Of a DNA stretch of 64,000 nucleotides, positions 1 to 14,152 are shown piece by piece (within the stretch, counting starts at the first letter, position 1; each line of letters opens with the position of its first letter). The position numbers were made by a program, and so were the translations under genes. The notes under the pieces were generated by a model, which was not told where the DNA came from, searched no databases, and saw nothing but the letters and a program-made list of their open reading frames with translations. Where the stretch lies: assembly GCF_006345805.1 (NCBI RefSeq), contig NC_042999.1, forward strand, positions 148,676,001-148,740,000, in the 5' to 3' direction. The stretch is from Octopus sinensis (Eukaryota).

Positions 1-1222
1 AGCTGACCTCATTAACCACATTAGTAATTGGTGTCATTGTAGTGAATGGCTGTTTGTAAATAAAGCATCATCATCGTACACCACAACAACAGCATGTGCT
101 GCTGGCTGGCTGGTTGAGAGGCTGTCAGCTTCCTGACATTAAAACCACCACCACCAGCACTGCCACCAAAACCCCCATTATCACCACCACTACCACTCTA
201 TAAAGAACCAATAGACAGAATCAATAATCAAACAAACAGACTGGAACAAACACCACTAACACAAACAACAACACAAATGCTACCATCACAACCAGTGCGG
301 GGTGCATTTATGTGGTCATTAAACTGGCTAGAAATAGCAGTTAATCTTTAGCAAATCCCACACTACCGTTTTAGAAAGAAAAAAAGTTGGATAATGTGAT
401 TTGGGATGCTTTTAATCATAGGTCAGCATGATCACATCTGATTTGGTGGTCAACATCAACAACCATCCAAACTGCAGGACACCAATATCATCTTCCATCC
501 AATCCCCTGCTCGGTGTTTACAGAGGAAAGTAAACACATAACCATTAGAGAATTGCAATAATTAAATTCCTTAGCAAGCAGAAATACACATACAAACATA
601 AATACACACATTCATAAAAGCCTAAATGCATAATAAATACAAAATACACTCATGGGTGCAGGCTTGACTGTGTGGTTAAGAAGCTTGGTTCTCAACCATG
701 TGACCATGGGTTCAGTTCCAATGCACAGCACTTTATGTGTTTTCTTGTATAGCCCTAGGTCGACCAAATCCTCGGAGAAGATTTGTTAGATGGAAATTTA
801 AAGTAACTTCCCGCACGCGCGCGTGCGTGCGTGCGTGCGTGCGTGTGTATGTGTGTGTGTGTGTGTGTGTCTCCTCTCTCTCTCTCTCTCTCTGTTTTGC
901 ATTTATCCTCATCATCACTTGACAACCTGTGATTTAGTGGTTCGGTAAAAGAGACTGATAGAAGAAGCACCCAGCCTAAATAAAATAAATTTTATTTGAC
1001 TAAACCTTTCAAAGCAGTACCCCAGCATGGCTGTAGTCCAATGCCTGAAACAAGTAAAACATACACACACAAACAAGGTTTTAAATCTATTTATAGAAAG
1101 TTTGTGGCCACTAAATTCCAATGAAGGAAGCCTTGTTTCCTGGCTTTTAGATAGTATCATCACCATTGTTTTACTGGATATATTCAAACAAACATAACGA
1201 CACAGTATATGCATACATATAT

Positions 1223-1255
<33 letters not shown>

Positions 1256-2884
1256 AACACGTGTGTGTGTGTGTATGTGTTTATCCAGCACTTAAACAAC
1301 CAGTGTTGTTTACATCTCTGTAACTTAGCGGTTTGGAAATGGGAAATCAACACAATAAGTACCTGATTTAGAAGGAGTGCTGTGGTTGATTTGATAAAGT
1401 GGGCTGCAACCCAACAACTGAAAAAGAAATACACACGTGCGCGTGCAGACACGCACACACATGTGTGCACATGCTCATACACACACACACACATGTGCGC
1501 ATGTTCACACAAGCACACAAATCTTCCTTGCTAAGTACTAAGTCCATGTGACCTCACAGTCTCACATCAGCAAAGAACTGGGTTGGGTTTGTGTACAGTT
1601 TGAACCTAAACGTTATGGTTTTATTTGGGGAATGAAACAGCCACGGTACATTAGGTATGCAGAACTTGGTCCAAGTCCAAAACACTCTAACGAACAGAAA
1701 AAAGAAAAACGTAACAAGATCCGATTCACACACTGACTAATAATCCTGCTCTAAATAACATACCACATAGTGATAGATGATATGATAATAACAAAAACAA
1801 AACTGAAAACAAAAGCACATTGCCAAAAGCAATGTAGGGACAGAGAACGCGGTATCACTAAAACTTAATACTAAACTACAACAGTCATAGTATGTTATGG
1901 TCAGCGGCCATTCATCTGAAAATACTATTCTGACTGAATAAACAGAATCTCTTCAATAACTTATAAATGATTTGGGAAGTAAAGCCACAACAGGCACAAA
2001 CACAGTATTCTTGAAAGACAGGCCATGGAATACAAATATAAGTGCTTTCCCAATTTAAGCTGAATGTAGTCGATAAAATAGCAGGAATATCCAATGAAAA
2101 GAGTATAAAAACAACATTTTAGTGTCAATAATCTCATTGTTTGTTAACTCATATCTTCAGACAGAATGAGCCCAAAACAAGAAAAATAAAGTTCTGTTTC
2201 TACCAAGAAATATTTTATAGATTTTTTTTGTAACTATGAAATATAACACAATCAGAGAATATTGTAGTTTCAAGAGTGTAGTGTCTTTACATTTTTATCT
2301 TTTACTTGCTTCAATCACTGGACAGTGGCTATGCTGGAGCACCACACTGAAGGGTTGAGTTGACACCAGTACTTTTTTTTTATAAGGCTGGTACTTATTT
2401 TATTGGTTACAGGAATGTAAACAAACCAACACTGGTTCTCAAGTGGTGGTCACACACACACACAAACATATATATATACATATACGATGGGCTTCTTTCA
2501 GTTTCTATCTACTCAAAAAGCTTTGATCAGTCTGAAGCAACAGTAGAAGACACTGCCCAAGGTTTCATGCAGTGGGGAACCCAAAACCACACAGTGGGGA
2601 AGCAAGGTTGTTAACAAAACAGCTATACTTGAACCTATATTCACAACATTTTAAAACCAAATACAGAAAAGTTTTTAAATAGTTGTGAAAAGCAATTTGA
2701 GACATTAAATTGTGAACTACTCAAGCTGAAATGAGAACTTAGAGCTACACCTGAAAGATGATAAATCAGTTTAACATAGCTTTTTGTTTTCACTCATTGC
2801 CTTCTGAATGTCATAGCCTCAATTTAACCCACTTGATATCAACTTGTCTGAAACCGTCATTGGCTTCATGATACAAATAACCTA

Positions 2885-3093
2885 TACTCTTTACTCTTTT
2901 TTACTCTTTTACTTGTTTCAGTCCTTTGACTGGTGCACCGCCTTTAGTTGAGCAAATCGAACCCGGGACTTATTCTTTGTAAGCCTAGTACTTATTCTAT
3001 CGGTCTCTTTTGCCAAACCACTAAGTGACGGGGACATAAACACACCAGCATCGGTTGTCAAGCAATGCTAGGGGGTCAAACACAGACACACAA

Positions 3094-3153
<60 letters not shown>

Positions 3154-3316
3154 GATGGGCTTCTTTCAGTTTCCATCTACCAAATCCACTCACAAGGCTT
3201 TGGTTGGCCCGAAGCTATAGTAGAAGACACTTGCCCAAGGTGCCACGCAGTGTGACTGAACCTGGAACCATGTGGTTGGTAAACAAGCTACTTACCACAC
3301 AGCCACTCCTGCGCCT
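2885..3316 (-). mobile_element. tRNA-derived CORE-type SINE (octopus OR-like family), near full length
   Basis: Minus strand: A-box gtggctgtgtggtaag, B-box ggttcagtc, CORE-like ccttgggcaagtgtctt, internal (CA/TA)n, tail (aagagta)n. More than 20 copies or fragments in the window. Confidence 0.85.
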
Positions 3317-4859
3317 ATAAAAGTAATCTACATTAAAATCTTCCATCAAAATTTATTGTCAATTTATGTTCCAAACACAAGCTTACAGGGTTATTTTATT
3401 AAGTTAGACATTATTTCAAAATGAATTGAAACAGAGTTTACTTCAAGAGAAATATGGACAAAATAAAGGCTTGACTCCTCAGCATTCAAGCCGACCCTAT
3501 CAGGCCCCTACCTGTTTTATATTTAAACTGGCTAGCTCCAGCCTCTTGCACCACCCTACAATATTCTAAAGATAAACTATTACATCATCAAAATCTCAAA
3601 GCTACAAGATAATAATGCATGGTTAATTAAAAACGATTTTAATTAAAAAAAGCATTACATTTGACAGAGAAATTTGAATACTAAAGAGTAAAAAGATCAC
3701 AAGTTGAAAGCTGCAGGCAGTCAATATTCTTCCACTTGTTTCAGTCATTTGACTGCAGCCATGCCGGAGCATTGCATTAAAGGGTTTCAGTTGAAGAAAA
3801 GTCCAGGACTTATTCTTTGTAACCTCAGTACTTACTGCATTGGTCTCTTTTGCCAAACCACTAAGTTATGGGGACATAAACACATCAGCATCAATTGTCA
3901 AGCAATGGCAAGGGGACAAACACAGACACACATACACAGATGAATCTTTGATTTGATGCTTATGTATCCTAATCCAATGTATTAATTTTGATTCTATTTG
4001 GCCAATATAATTCTCATTGCATTGTGGACATGTGATACAACAACTGAGATTTTTGCTTCACAATTCCTACTGGCATTAACTTCAGGTCCTTCACATTCTT
4101 GGAGTTTTTTGTTTTTCCCTATTCAGTTCTGTCATACATCCCATACAGTATGCTTGACAAAGTCATCTCTCCTGACTCCATTCTCTGCTTTAAATTTCAT
4201 ATTTTATAAACAAAACAAGTACTAGATAACTAATTAAAACCTTTGAAAGCCAATGAATGAAATCAGTAAAACACATACACACACAGATCTACACACATTC
4301 CTATATATATATATTCATGAACATACATAAGTCTAACGTGAAACACAACAAAAACAGGGTAAAAAAGACTTAACAAAATCAACAAACAAGTATGTAAATG
4401 TAATATAATATACTGTGAAGTAAAAGAAATTTTAACGTTTTGGACAGTTTTCCTTTATCAAGTTAGATGACATGAGCAGCCCCCCCCTCCCCAAAAGCAT
4501 TTTTGAAGGATTCATTACCAACTCAGCTGAAACTGGCTCTGTAGTACAAATTTCTTGTTTTCATAAGTTTTGAATTAAAATCTTCCACCAAAACTTAGTC
4601 ACAATTTATGTTCCTAACACAAGCTTATTGATAACTAAGTTATTTTACTAAATACTTTGTCATATTTAAAGTAATTGAAAGAAACACAGAAGCATGTCAA
4701 AATAAATACAGTAACGAAAGGGTTAAGGGGAAATATGTGTAGGAGTAGTGGAGGGAAATGTGTGTGAGTGTATAAGAGAATATGACTTTGAATAAAGTAT
4801 AGGATGTTGTGGGGGATTGGATATATGGTAAAATGCAAGTGATTGCAAGAGTATTATAA

Positions 4860-5190
4860 TTATACATACATACATACAGACAGACACACACACATGCATG
4901 CATACATACATGTACACTAAATAACATATACATGCATAGATACATACATACATACACACATGTACACTACAAAACATACATGCATGCATACACACATACA
5001 TACACAAATGTACACTACATAGCACATACATGCATAAATACATACATACACACGTGTACACTACATAGCACATACATGCATAAATACATACATACACACG
5101 TGTACACTACAAAACACATGCATACACACACACACACACCACACACATACATACGTGTATACTACATAATACATGCATACATACACAGAA
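4860..5190. repeat. Compound (CATA/CA)n microsatellite with about 34-40-bp higher-order repeats
   Basis: Repeated gtacactacatagcacatacatgcataaatacatacatacacac units. Confidence 0.9.
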
Positions 5191-6139
5191 ATAATATTTA
5201 CCAGAATTACTTGTATAGATGATAACTTCTGACTGTGGTATTATAAAAGAGAAACAGCGAATAAACTGTCATCTTTCTTACCTAGAAATAAGATAGAAGA
5301 AAAAAAATATTTAAAAAAGAATTCAAAAAGGATAAACATTCAAAAGCTATACATCAAATAGAATGAAATATAAAAACATGTCCACTAATATTGATTTCTA
5401 CACTGAGACAAACACAAAATCAGAAATTTTGGTAGGTAGGTGGATGCTGTTGGCTAAAATACTTGATACCAATTTATTACTACTGACAGTACAGCCTGAT
5501 TGGTACCCATGCCGATGGCGTGTAAAAAGCACCATTTGAGTATTATCAATGCCAGTGCCACCTGATTGGTCCCATGCCGGTGGCATTTAAAAAGCATCAT
5601 TCGAGCATGATCGTTGCCAGTGCCGTTTGACTGGCCCCCATTCCAGTGGCATGTAAAAAGCACCCACTACACTCTCAGAGTAGTTGGCATTAGGAAGGGC
5701 ATCCAGCTGTGGTTGGTAAGCAAGCTACTTACCACACAGCCACTCCTACACCTATATTACAGTTTTATCATAAGTGTGTCCATGCATGTTGTAAGAGGTG
5801 ACTAAAACAGTTGACAACAAAAAGGGGATCCTGCCATAAAACACTGCCTCAGAAAGGCTATTCACCTCATGCCAACAAGGAAAAGCAGTCATCAAAACAC
5901 TGATGGCAGTGATGATGATGATGATGATGACAATAATAATGATATCATCACTAGCATTCAACAATTAAATGATTTTGGCATAGAGAAAGACAAGTCAGGG
6001 TCATGAAGCAAGAAATTTAAACCAAAATTGGAGTCGTTTGAATATGCATGTGTCAATGAATATATGTGAATATCTAAAATACCTATTAAGTCTCTCTTTC
6101 TATACATATATATACACACACACACACACCACACACATA

Positions 6140-6350
6140 GAGTAATCCCTCGACTATCACAGGTGTTACGTTCCAAAACCCCACTACGATAGGTGAAAAT
6201 CCACGACATAGAAACAGTACTGTACTGTATATTTTTTTTTTAGTATTTTTATAATCTGTATCCTTTTATTTTATTATAAATGCAAAACAACACCACAAAG
6301 GAATCAACGTAAGCTTAAATAATAAACCTCAATACAGCAAGGGATTACTG
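6140..6350. mobile_element. pogo/Tigger-type MITE
   Basis: TIR (G/C)AGTAATCCCTCG / CAAGGGATTACTG with a 5' TA; homologous copy at 54114-54330. Confidence 0.7.
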
Positions 6351-6739
6351 TGTGTGTGTGTGTATAGCCAAATAGTAAAAGGTAAATATGCTTGCGTTCA
6401 GTTCATGAACTATAAACATATCTATATATATATATAAGTATGTAAAAGGTAAATGTGTTACAGGGTTTGTGGGGGAGTTAAACAGACAGGTAGATCAAAA
6501 TACCAAAAGGTACAAACATATGGTGTTGTATGTTGCAAATGAAAGAATCACACTTAAAGAAAGAAGAATGAAGAGAGGGTGGAAAGAAATACAAAAGGAG
6601 TGAAGAAGGCAGAGATAAAACAAAGTGATAGAGATATTGAGGGAGAGAGAGAGAGAGAAAGAGAAGGGCAAAAGAAAAGGCAAGAATAGTTAGAAGGGGA
6701 AAAGGGTGTTCTTTGTTGTTATGTGAGGTGGTGACCTGG

Positions 6740-7430
6740 CAGGATTGTTCGAGTTTTAGTTAAAATGCTTTGCAGTAGTTGTGCCTAGTCCTTACATTCT
6801 GAGTTCAAACCTTACACCAAGGTCAACTTTGCCATTCATCTTACTGGGGTTGATAAAATAAAGTACCAGTCAAGTATTGGGGATGTATTTGACTAACCCC
6901 CTCCCCCTATAACTGCTGGCCCTGTGTCAAAATTATAAAGAATTATTATTGTTATATTGATGATGGTGATGAGCTGGCAGATCATCAATGTGTGATTAAA
7001 AGGTGGTGAGCTGACAAACGTTAAAACGCTGGGCGAAATGCTTAGCGGTATTTCGTCTGTCAACGTTCTGAATTCAAATTCCATCGAGATTGACTTTGCC
7101 TTTCATCCTTTGGGGTTGATAAATTAAGTACCAGTTACACACTGGGGTCGAGGTAATTGATTTAATCCCTTTGTCTGTCCTTGTTTGTCCCCTCTATGTT
7201 TAGCCCCTTGTGGGCAATAAAGAAATAAGAATCATTAATGTGCCAGACAAAATGCTTATCGAAATTTCTTCCAGCTCTATACATTCTGAGTTCAAATACT
7301 GCCAAAATCAACTTTATCTTTCATCTTTTTGGGGGTTAATAAAATAAAGTGCTCATCAACTACTGGGGTTAATATAATCAACTAATGCCTCTCCTCAAAA
7401 CTGCTGGCTTTGTGCTTAAATTAGAAACCA
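6740..7430 (+). mobile_element. Cluster of three family-2 SINE copies of different ages
   Basis: Three successive gagttcaaa/gaattcaaa...ctttcatc...gataaa..aagtaccag blocks at about 6800, 7070 and 7290. Confidence 0.7.
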
Positions 7431-9134
7431 TTATTATAAACACAGATTTGGTTGAACTTACTCAAACTACAAAGAAAAGCTATATACATATGAGCCACCG
7501 AAGGAGCTTTTACATAGTCTTTGAACTTCCCAGAAGGAGCAACCAAGATCTCCCTCAAATCACAGTTTACTATCTTAAAAAGGAAAGGACATATAGGAAG
7601 ATGTAGTCCTAGATACATCATGACTGAAAGAAAACAGTAGAGTTATGGCAGGAATGCCTTTGATCTTCCCAATCATGGCTTATCTGGGGCAAAACAACAA
7701 CAACAATTTATATCCATAAAATAATTTATTGGACATAATATACTTCCGAATATCAAATAGAAACCATTTCAGAAAAAAAGTGTTAAGTTAGATTACATTA
7801 AGAGCAAAGAGCATTAACATCCATTTTACTTAACTGAAATATAGATGAAACAATTATGGCTATTTCAGTGTTAGCTTACTAGCCAAGTTTATCTATAAAT
7901 CAAGGTGAAGAGTGTTGGTGATGAGTAAGATCTTAAATAATTAATTCAGATAGAATAATCAACGCACACACACACACATATATGCAAAGGCGCAGACACA
8001 GATACGCAAACATAGATAATATACATACATAAACACAAAGAAATGTAATACATACTCAAACACAGACACACTACACACGCTTAAATACACAGTGGTGTAT
8101 CTTGAATCTAAAATAGATAGCCTCTTAGAATTCCTTCCCATAAATATATATATATAAAAATAAAGAATCCTTTAGATAAAAAGCCAGAACTATTCCTAAA
8201 CTGAGGCCTAAAATATAATTTATACTATATTTAGTAGAAAGAAATTTTCAGATCTTGAAATAAGAAAAACCATTATTTGAAGTAAATATAACAGTCACCA
8301 TTCCAACAGCAATACTATTTCTAGATAAAACTGCTTGCGACACAAACTGTCACTATATCAAATTGGTTCCTCCTAATCACTACCCGCCCACCACCCTAAG
8401 CTACAGTAATGCAACCCCAGGGTGGATCTTTATCGTCAGTCAGTCACAACCGAAGGCAGTTTATGTTTATAATGTAATACTATATTTAGTCAGACAAGAT
8501 TATTTCCATTGAAAGTGCACAAAATGGTAGAAAAACAAAACTAGTTTATCATTTAAAATAGCACAATTCCATCTCAAATATCAAACCTTGGAGAAAAGAT
8601 TTTAACAAAAAAAATTGTTTTTCATATGGCGCGTGCCGCATGGTTGAGAGTAGGAATCTCTTGATGGTTATTCTGTGTGCAAAGGAAGGAAAGACACACA
8701 ACACAACAAACACAGTATGATTGGATTATTAAATCAGAGAAGGAAAAAAAAACCATGATGAATGATCAGGGTACTTGAGATGTTGCCCAACCAAATGGGG
8801 ATAAAAAACAAAAGCAAAGGAAAATGCATGGATATTAAACAAAGGCGGAGGTTCAGTGGAGTAAGGTAAGTGGTCATTAGTCGATACAAAAAGTAGTAGT
8901 TTAGACACAGTACATGACCTTTATAGTTTGATTTACATAATATTGAAGATTTAATAGCATGAGCCCTTTTAGTAGTATTTCTCCCAACATTACACTGAGT
9001 TCAAATGCAACTGAAGTTAACTTTGTTTTTTTAGGGTCGATAAAATAAGTACCAGCTGAGCGCTGGGGTTGGTGTTAATTGACTGGCCCCTTCCCCCAAA
9101 ATTTCAGGCAGTGTGTCTATAATAGAAAGGATTA

Positions 9135-9535
9135 TTATTCTTTTATTCTTTTACTTGTTTCAGTCATTTGACTGTGGCCATGTTAAGGTGCTGTCTTTAG
9201 TCAAACAAACTGACCCCAGGACTTATTCTTTGTAAGCCTAGTACTTATTCTATCAATCTCTTTTGCTAAACCACTAAGTTACGGGGATGTAGACACACTA
9301 ACATTGGTTGTCAAACGATAATGGTGGGGACAAACAGACACACAAACACACACACACACATATATATATATGATGGGCTTCTTTCAGTTTCCGTCTACAA
9401 AATCCACTCACAAGGCTTTGGTTGACCCGAGGCTATAGCAGAAGACACTAGCCCAAGGTGCCATGCAGCGAGACTGAACCTGGAACCATGTGGTTAGGAA
9501 ACAAGCTTCTTACCACACAGCCACTCCTGCACCTA
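9135..9535 (-). mobile_element. CORE-type SINE
   Basis: Full-length homology to 2885-3316. Confidence 0.85.
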
Positions 9536-9889
9536 TTACTGATTCTAACATTTATTGGTAAAAATTAAGAAAATAAAATAAGCAAAAATGATCATCAACT
9601 AAACAGAATGGAATCATCTTATTCTATTTCCAAAATCAACAAAGAAGCCTCTACATGATTACTTGATCTCTTAGAAATAGCAACCGGATCGCTTAAATCT
9701 CACCTCTTCTCAAACATAAACAAAAAAAAAACAAAGATACATTGGAAAATGTAGTCTGAGGTAATCAAGGTCTAAAAAGATGGGATGGTCACAATGGGAA
9801 TATCTTTGATCACAGGCCAGCTCAATCAAGGATGACCAGGTACAAAACGGAAAACATAACATACCTTCATCAATAAGGTACCGTTGGAT

Positions 9890-10225
9890 ATTTTCATTAC
9901 TAATTAAGATGAAGGTCTTCAATTAGAAATTTAAACCTTTGGAAATGACTCATAATGCAGTTTAGATAATCTATTTATCTCAAGTATGAATGTTTGTTGA
10001 ACTCCAAAGAGCTTTCCAAGGCTTGGAGATTAGCCATAACTAAGTACTTGAGAGATATAATTTCTACTTAGTTACTACATCAGTCTTTCACAGGTAATAT
10101 TTTCCTGTGAGCTTGTAATTACAGTTAAATCAACCAAGGGATGTTGATTTAGATCTGCTCTTCAAATATTCAACAAAGCTCCGACTTGGAATGGAATTCA
10201 AGATCTAAGGAGTTGGTAGGGCAAT
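9890..10225 (-). mobile_element. Decayed CR1-type LINE C-terminal fragment
   Basis: Minus translation NSLDLEFHSKSELC*IF...QAHRKILPVKD resembles CR1 C-terminal 'SLELRRLKSDLC...RAHRYKL.VK'; heavily mutated. Confidence 0.4.
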
Positions 10226-10494
10226 GCTAAATACATTTGATCATTTTGCTTTCACTTTTAAATACAAAAAAAAAACAATTTTAATTACTCTTATCTTATT
10301 ACTTGTCCATTTTAATAATCAGCTAAACAGTAATACCCTACTGATCAATCAACGTCTTACAGACCAAACAAAAACAATGATCAACAAGGTGTTGCTTTTG
10401 CAATGTCTTGTTGACCAAGCAACAACAATGTCCTACTGACCAGCCAAATGTAATGCTCCGACTGCCCAGCAAAAAGCAACGTTCTACTGATTAA

Positions 10495-11087
10495 CCTATT
10501 TCTTTACTACCCACAAGGGGCTAAACACAGAAGGGACAAACAAGGACAGACAAACGGATTAAGTCGATTATATTGACCCCAGTGCATAACTGGTACTTAT
10601 TTAATTGACCCTGAAAGGATGGAAGGCAAAGTCGACCTCGGTGGAATTTGAACTCAGAACATAGCGGCAGACGAAATACCTATTTCTTTACAACCCTCAA
10701 GGGGCTAAACACAGAGGGAACAAACAAGGACAGACAAACGGATTAAGTCGATTATATTGACCCCAGTGCTTAACTGGTACTTATTTAATCGACCCTGAAA
10801 GGATGAAAGGCAAAGTCGACCGCAGCGGAATTTGAATTCAGAACGTTGACAGATGAAATACCTATTTCTTTTCAACCCACAAGGGGCTAAACACAGAGGG
10901 AACAAACAAGGACAGACAAACGGATTAAGTCGATTATATTGACCCCAGTGCGTAACTGGTACTTATTTAATCAACCCTGAAAGGATGAAAAGCAAAGTCA
11001 ACCTCGGCGGAATTTGAACTCAGAACATAGCGGCAGACGAAATACTGCTAAGCATTTTGCCTGGCGTGCTAACGATTCTGCCAGCTT
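10495..11087 (-). mobile_element. Tandem trimer of SINE family 2 (one head plus three bodies)
   Basis: Units start (plus coordinates) at 10495, 10679 and 10861, about 182-184 bp each; only the last carries the tRNA head. Confidence 0.88.
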
Positions 11088-11439
11088 GATTAACCAACAG
11101 CAATGTCTGACTGACCAATCAAAAATATTGACCCACTAACCATCTAAACACACTGACCTAATGACAAGTCAAGAGCTGCCATTACAGTATCATAAATAGC
11201 AGTACTCTACTACCACTTTACTCTCTGTCCATTCTTCAGCCAATCCTAAGGATTTCTTGGATGATACTAATATGGTAAATGTGTAATTATTGTTATCTGG
11301 TTAATTGCATACAATTAGGTTAACCAACTTGGTAAATGCACACATGCACACACACACACAAGAATGCAAGCAAAATATAGTTTAGAGAAAAATGAAGCAA
11401 GGGAGCTTCTCTACAAGGTTGCTCAACCTGCAAGAGACA

Positions 11440-11720
11440 GCAGTCAGGTCACTTGCTGTCTTAGAAAGAGAACATTGGATGTCTTGGGGAAGGCATGTAC
11501 TGTGTATGAAAAATGGATGGCCAGAGAAAGGAATCCTTTATAGGATCCAGTTAGCTCAAGACATCATCAGGAGGAACCATGTCCGGTTCCGGCCCCTACT
11601 CCTCTACCGTTTTGACATGGCAGGCCCCCCATCCTTTCAGAGATGTCTTCAGCTCTAGTGTTGGGTGCATGTCTTCTTTCTTTTTCTTTCTTCTGTTCCC
11701 TGGCCTCTTCGATGTAGCAT
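11440..11720 (+). mobile_element. Decayed RTE (BovB-like) LINE 3' coding fragment
   Basis: HWMSWGRHVLCMKNGWPEKGILY...RFRPLLLYRFD resembles RTE RLRWLGHVRRMEDGRIPKDILYGEL...GRPQLRYKD. Confidence 0.55.
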
Positions 11721-12304
11721 CAACGAGTGTCAGCGACAATAATCACAAACCTGTTCAATAAGCAGCAGTTTGGAGAAAAGCAAATCTACTGCATAGACAA
11801 AATGTCACAGCTTAATTTAGCTGAACACACCATCACACATGGCAAGTTTAATAATAACTGTTGCTACCTACAGAAGGTCATGTCTAGGAATGTAGTTTAA
11901 ACTTTGATTTTCAATGAAAGAGATAATGACACTGCACAGTCTTCAGTTTCAAAGATTCACACCCACACAACATAGGAACATGACAATGATGGAGAGAAGA
12001 GAGAATAAGATAAAGAGAGAAACAGAAAAGAAGAGAATATATAAAACACACACAAGCACACACACACATTTTGTACCATGTTCCATGCCAGCCTGGAACA
12101 TGGATGTTAAATGATAACGATGATAATGATGATGACAGACATTATCATGCTTCACATCTTTGTAAGTATTTTCAGCAAAATATTGCTATAGGTGATGCTT
12201 TTTGCAGTTTCATACTTATTAACTAAAGAACGTGTGTGTGTGTGTGTGTGTGCATATACAATAAATGTATAAACATCCTTGTGTGTATGCATGAGTGTGC
12301 ATAC

Positions 12305-12535
12305 TCTTTACTCTCTTTTACTCTCTTACTTGTTTCAGTCATTTTGACTGTGGCTATGCTGGAGCACCGCCTTTAGTCAAGCAAATCGACCCCAAGACTT
12401 ATTCTTTGTAAGCCTAGTACTTATTCTATCGGACTCTTTTGCTGAACTGCTAAGTTACGGGGACATAAACACACCAGCACCGGTTGTCAAACAATGTTGA
12501 GAGAACAAACACACACACACACACACACATACATA

Positions 12536-12566
<31 letters not shown>

Positions 12567-12745
12567 ACATCATATATATATATATATACATATATACGAT
12601 GGGCTTCTTTCAGTTTCCATCTACCAAATCCACTCACAAGGCTTTGGTCGGCCCGAGGCTATAGTAGAAGACACTTGCCCAAGGTGCAACTCAGTGGGAA
12701 TGAAGCCAGAACCATGTGGTTTGTAAGCAAGCTACTTACCACATA
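12305..12745 (-). mobile_element. CORE-type SINE
   Basis: Homologous to 2885-3316 over the full length. Other copies at about 655-1055(+), 9135-9535(-), 17430-17710(-), 35550-35690(-), 46950-47175(-), 61430-61770(+) and 63545-63700(-). Confidence 0.85.
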
Positions 12746-13844
12746 CACATGCATACACATATGAATGATTTTATATACATCAAAAGTCGATAAATGCATT
12801 GGACTTGAAATTCAAGGCTCTTGAATAACCTCTAAAGTGATCCTAGCAAATAATAGTATACACACTCCATTTACACAGTAAGTTTTCTTTCTCCCATTTG
12901 TAAAACCAAATATACTTACATCTACATACATACTTATACACACACGTGCATGCGTGTCCCCATCTTATGTGTTTTTATGGTAGCATGGGTTTGAATGATA
13001 CTTATTCCAAGTTGTACTTTCACAGTTGGATTCTCTTCAAGTTCAACCCTTAACTAATTTACATGTAATTCTTTTTTATTCTACTGCTTGGGTGTCACAG
13101 ACCTACAAGACAATATTCACTGGAGATGCAAACATTGTAACACCATGAGGCAATCTCATGGAGAAAGTGAAAATGACAACTTTCATGCACATCTATGCAC
13201 ACACATACACACAGAGGCTTCACTGCAGTATCCATCTACTGATCCACTCACAATCCACTGGCTGGCCCAAGGCAATAGTAGATAACATTGCACAAAATGC
13301 CATGCACTGGACCTAAACCTAAAACCACATGTTTGCCAAGTGAACTTCATAACCATAAAACCATGTCTGCACCTAGCCATGTGCCTGTCTGTGCAAGTGT
13401 CATCTATTTATTACTTATACCACCAGCCATCCAAAACCGTTTTGTCCAAGTCTTCATCACTCTTGCTCTTATTGCCCACACATCACTTTTATTCATGCTT
13501 CTCACTCTATAAGAAGGCAAATGAACAAAAGATGTGAGCTTGAGGTCCATTTAGGTATGACAAAGACATGGCTATCTCTGTAGTGCTGGAGTTACAAAAC
13601 AAGCACCCAGTACACTCTGTAAAGTGGTTGGTGTTAGGAAGGACATCCAGCTGTAGAAACCAAACCAAAATGAAATATGATAAAGATGAGGAACCCTGAT
13701 GCATCTATGCAACCAGACTCACTCAACAAGCATTTTCAGCAGACGTAAAACAACAATGATGATAATGATGAAATAAATGTGTGTGTGTGTGTGTGTGTGT
13801 ACATGTGTCTATGTTTGTTTATAAAACTCACACTCCAGTAGTTA

Positions 13845-14152
13845 TGATGACAAGGGTTCCAGGTGATCGTATCAATAGAACAACCTGCTTGTGAAATTAA
13901 TTTGCAAGTGGCTGAGCTCTCCACATACACACACACCCTTAACACAGTTCGCAGGGAGATTCAGCATGACTCAGAATGTGACAGGGTTGGCCCTTTGAAA
14001 TATAGATACAACTCATTTTTGCCAATTAGGTGGACTAGAGCAACTCGAAATAAAGTATCATGCTTAAGAACACAACATGCTGCTGGTAATTGAACTCACG
14101 GCCTTATGATCATGAGCTGAATACACTAACCACTAAGCCATGTGCCTTCAGT
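13845..14152 (-). mobile_element. tRNA-derived SINE family 3 (Deu/Nin-like 3' domain)
   Basis: Minus head ggcttagtggttagtgtattc...gagttcaatt, then the domain gggccaaccctgtcac...ctgaatctccctg...gccacttgca. Homologues at 49150-49390 (interrupted by an RTE tail) and, decayed, at 60570-60735. The domain name is from recall. Confidence 0.65.

Noticed and set aside
10495-11087. Regularly spaced repeats suggestive of a CRISPR-like array
   Set aside because: The units are whole SINE bodies of about 182 bp with no unique spacers, in a eukaryotic context.
11245-11279. Plus-strand 35-nt exon candidate (NPKDFLDDTNM) and a 4-nt candidate at 29816-29819
   Set aside because: Isolated splice-like signals of a kind expected by chance in AT-rich DNA; no supporting homology.
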